Positions 13,322 to 16,000 of a stretch of 16,000 nt of DNA are shown here, piece by piece. Within the stretch, counting starts at the first letter, position 1, and each line of letters opens with the position of its first letter. Under the pieces are notes generated by a model that was given only the letters and a program-made list of their open reading frames with translations, was not told the DNA's origin and did no database searches. The translations under genes and the position numbers were made by a program. The DNA comes from Thalassotalea euphylliae (lineage in GTDB: Bacteria; Pseudomonadota; Gammaproteobacteria; Enterobacterales; Alteromonadaceae): NCBI RefSeq assembly GCF_003390335.1, contig NZ_QUOU01000001.1:944698-960697 (forward strand), written 5' to 3'.

Positions 13322-16000
13322 ATGAACACGAATATTAAGCGCTTTGGATTATCAAGTTTAGCTGTGGCGGTATTGTCTGGCTTAGCTGGTGTTCAAGCGA
13401 CGGCACAGGAAGCTGACGAAGCAGCGGCAATAGAGGAAGTCGTTGTCAAAGTCAGTCGTTTAAAAGGTACCGCCAGTGCGGTAATAGAAGAACGTAAAAA
13501 CCAAGCGTTCGTCGCCGACATCTTAGGTGCCGAGCAAATTTCACGAACAGGTGACAGCGACGCTGCCGCAGCTCTTCGACGTGTTACTGGCTTAACGCTA
13601 GTCGATGGCAAATTCATCTATGTTCGCGGTTTAGGTGAACGCTACTCAAGCACCACCTTAAACGGTGCTTCTGTACCATCGCCGGATCCAACACGTACTG
13701 TTATTCCGCTGGATTTATTCCCGTCATCAATTATCGAATCATTATCGGTGCAAAAATCTTACTCACCATCAATGCAAGCGCATTTCGGTGGTGGTAACGT
13801 TGATATCCGCTTAAAGTCGATTCCTTCGCAATTGGTTTTCAATATTGCTGGCAACATTGGTGGCAATACAGATAACAGTTCAAATGGTTTAACCTACGAG
13901 GGCGGTGGCGACGATTGGTACGGTATTGACGATGGTACTCGTGAAGCACCAGCAGCACTGCGCCAATTATGGAGTAACTTTGATGCGCTAGGCGAGTTAT
14001 CACAAGCTGATAATCGCGCGATTGCTGCTGATTTGTATAAAGACTATGACCCGCAATCAGAAGATCCAGATCCTGATGTCGGCTTAGATTTGACCTTAGG
14101 TAACCGTTTCGATGCGGGTGATTTCCGCTACGGTTTCTTAACAGCGCTATCTTACGACAATGAGTGGCAAGTATCGGAGGAATATGAAGGTCAAGATTTC
14201 GTACTTCGCCCTGACGGCTCATTCGATTTAGTGCGTGGTTTTGACGATGTGGTGTCAACTGAGCACTCGGTTAAATGGTCAGGCATGTTCAACTTAGGTA
14301 TTGAATACTTGCGTGATCACAAGTTAGATTTTAGCTCAATCATCTTGCATGACACTAAAGACCAAATCAAAGACAAGCTAGGTAACACCAACAATGTATT
14401 GTTGACTGACGGATTACGTGTTCGCGATTCAGAAGTCACTTACGAAGAGCGTGAGCTGATTGTTAACCAATTGCGCGGTACCCATACTTTCCCTGAGCTG
14501 AACTTCTTGGGCATTGACTGGATGTATTCAGACTCACGCTCAAATCGTTATGCACCGGGTAATATTTCAACTCGCTATATTTTAGCGGACGAAAATGAAG
14601 ACGGTGTCTTCGATTTAGAAAACGAAAGTTCATTGCGTAATGCGACAACTGCCTCTCGTTATACTTTCCAAAACCTAGATGATGATGCTGAAAACGTATT
14701 CGTTAATGTGTCGCTACCGCTAACGTTCGACACAACTGAGGTTGAACTAAAGGCGGGTGCAAATTACATCGAGAAAACGCGTCAAGCATTTGCCCGTCGT
14801 ATTGATGTCAATACACTAGCGTTTAACGGCCTTGATTTATCCGGTTTTGAGATGAACGAGATCTTAACTGACGATGTTGTTTTAAATCAGCCGTTAAATG
14901 GTACGGAGCAAATTATTCGTGACACCTCGGTGGCGGGTGATGATTACTTATCAGCGCAGAAGATTGATGCTTACTACTTTGAAGCAGATGTATTCTTTGA
15001 CAACACATGGCGTTTAAGCGGCGGTGTGCGTTGGGAAGACTTCCGCCAAGTGGTTGCGCCACTTGACCCTGCAACGGGTCAGTTTGATTTACCAGCTGAG
15101 CCTACGGTAGAAGATTTAGCAGCTTTAGCATTCCAAGAAGATGATGTGTTTGGCGCACTAGCGTTAACCTATATTCTTGATGAAACCATGCAATTCCGCG
15201 CATCTTACGGTGAAACAACTATTCGCCCTGATATTCGTGAAGTCGCACCAGCAACCTATATTGACCCGCTAACAGAGTTCCCTATCGGTGGTACACCTTC
15301 GGTACGCAGCACAAAGGTGAAAAACTACGATTTACGCTGGGAATGGTACTTAGACACAGGTGAAAACCTATCGGTAGGTTTATTCTACAAAGATATGACT
15401 GACCCGATTGAGTCTGTGCAATCACCAGCGCAAGATGGTCCTCCGCTTATTCGTATCGCCAATGCGGAAGAGGGGGAAGTATATGGTGTTGAGGTTGAGT
15501 TCATGAAAGACTTTGCCTTCATTCACAATTTGTGGGGCGACTTTATGGGCGGTATTGGTAACGATATTTTCTTGTCAGGTAACGTAACGCTATCTGATTC
15601 AGAGATTCAAATCGATACACAAAAAGTGGTTGAGCAAACCGGTGTTTCGACATCAATTACCAACCCAACACGCCGTATGACGGGTCATTCTGAATACGTG
15701 GTTAACCTTAATCTTGGTTACGATCATCCAAATGGTAACCACACAGTTAACTTAGCGTACAACGTGTTTGGTGAGCGTATTATCATCCCTGGTATTGATG
15801 ATAAAGATGACTCATATGAGCAACCATTCCACTCGTTAGACTTGGTTTACACTTTCTATCCAACCTTCTCAACACAGTTGAAATTTAAAGTGCAAAACCT
15901 GCTTGATGAAGAAAAAGAAATTGAATTTGATAACACCTTATTGCGCAGCGAAACTCGTGGTATTGGTTTTGATGTTCAATTTAAGTGGGAATTCGATTAG
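13322..16000 (+). CDS. TonB-dependent outer-membrane receptor (892 aa)
   Basis: Signal peptide ...LSGLAGVQATAQEA. TonB-box-like IEEVVVKV. Plug domain segments AFVADILGAEQISRTGDSDAAAALRRVTGLTLVDGKFIYVRGLGERYSSTTLNGASVPSPDP and LDLFPSSIIESLSVQKSYSP. This GLGERY-type plug is common in Alteromonadales and Xanthomonadales receptors. A long beta-barrel region with alternating patterns follows (e.g. LSVGLFYKDMTD, VYGVEVEF, VNLAYNVFGERI). AGAGG Shine-Dalgarno 7 nt upstream. The stop TAG occupies 15998-16000. Confidence 0.9.
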   Translation: MNTNIKRFGLSSLAVAVLSGLAGVQATAQEADEAAAIEEVVVKVSRLKGTASAVIEERKNQAFVADILGAEQISRTGDSDAAAALRRVTGLTLVDGKFIYVRGLGERYSSTTLNGASVPSPDPTRTVIPLDLFPSSIIESLSVQKSYSPSMQAHFGGGNVDIRLKSIPSQLVFNIAGNIGGNTDNSSNGLTYEGGGDDWYGIDDGTREAPAALRQLWSNFDALGELSQADNRAIAADLYKDYDPQSEDPDPDVGLDLTLGNRFDAGDFRYGFLTALSYDNEWQVSEEYEGQDFVLRPDGSFDLVRGFDDVVSTEHSVKWSGMFNLGIEYLRDHKLDFSSIILHDTKDQIKDKLGNTNNVLLTDGLRVRDSEVTYEERELIVNQLRGTHTFPELNFLGIDWMYSDSRSNRYAPGNISTRYILADENEDGVFDLENESSLRNATTASRYTFQNLDDDAENVFVNVSLPLTFDTTEVELKAGANYIEKTRQAFARRIDVNTLAFNGLDLSGFEMNEILTDDVVLNQPLNGTEQIIRDTSVAGDDYLSAQKIDAYYFEADVFFDNTWRLSGGVRWEDFRQVVAPLDPATGQFDLPAEPTVEDLAALAFQEDDVFGALALTYILDETMQFRASYGETTIRPDIREVAPATYIDPLTEFPIGGTPSVRSTKVKNYDLRWEWYLDTGENLSVGLFYKDMTDPIESVQSPAQDGPPLIRIANAEEGEVYGVEVEFMKDFAFIHNLWGDFMGGIGNDIFLSGNVTLSDSEIQIDTQKVVEQTGVSTSITNPTRRMTGHSEYVVNLNLGYDHPNGNHTVNLAYNVFGERIIIPGIDDKDDSYEQPFHSLDLVYTFYPTFSTQLKFKVQNLLDEEKEIEFDNTLLRSETRGIGFDVQFKWEFD

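Noticed and set aside
13393-14648. ORFs 13393-13617, 13839-14258 and 14463-14648 (- strand) inside the receptor gene
   Set aside because: They are antisense to a CDS with clear plug and barrel features. Their translations are Arg/His/Gln-rich with no motif.
1-16000. Search for a defence island, CRISPR array, mobile element, prophage, or tRNA/rRNA genes
   Set aside because: I saw no short direct-repeat/spacer arrays and no transposase-, integrase-, nuclease-, ATPase- or toxin-like ORFs. I also saw no tRNA-like T-arm motifs. Nearly all coding capacity is explained by recognisable housekeeping genes, the cytochrome pair and the lipoprotein/receptor pair.

Overview
This is a chromosomal segment from a Gram-negative bacterium, probably a marine gammaproteobacterium (Alteromonadales-like). 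The taxon is inferred only from protein similarity and gene order. Bases 1781-8387 (+ strand) carry the conserved housekeeping and stationary-phase cluster ftsB-ispD-ispF-truD-surE-pcm-(yqaA-like)-nlpD-rpoS, tightly packed with three start/stop overlaps. To its left is a divergent pair. One side is a small YtrA-like GntR regulator plus a membrane-protein gene (- strand, running off the left edge and absent from the ORF track). The other is a 218-aa orphan ORF. Right of rpoS, a bidirectional terminator separates it from a convergent two-gene operon (- strand) encoding a periplasmic cytochrome b562-like protein and a membrane cytochrome b. Next comes an unusually long (723 bp), palindrome-rich non-coding region. 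After it lies the only part that looks uncharacterised. It has a 910-aa outer-membrane lipoprotein built from two diverged copies of a ~400-aa beta-helix-like module. A terminator-like hairpin follows, then an 892-aa TonB-dependent receptor whose stop codon is the last triplet of the window. I saw no rRNA, tRNA, CRISPR array, transposase, integrase, phage gene or recognisable defence gene. The best candidate for an undescribed system is the two-module lipoprotein/TonB-dependent receptor pair and its structured upstream region. All functional statements about it are inference and need HMM or structure searches that I cannot run.
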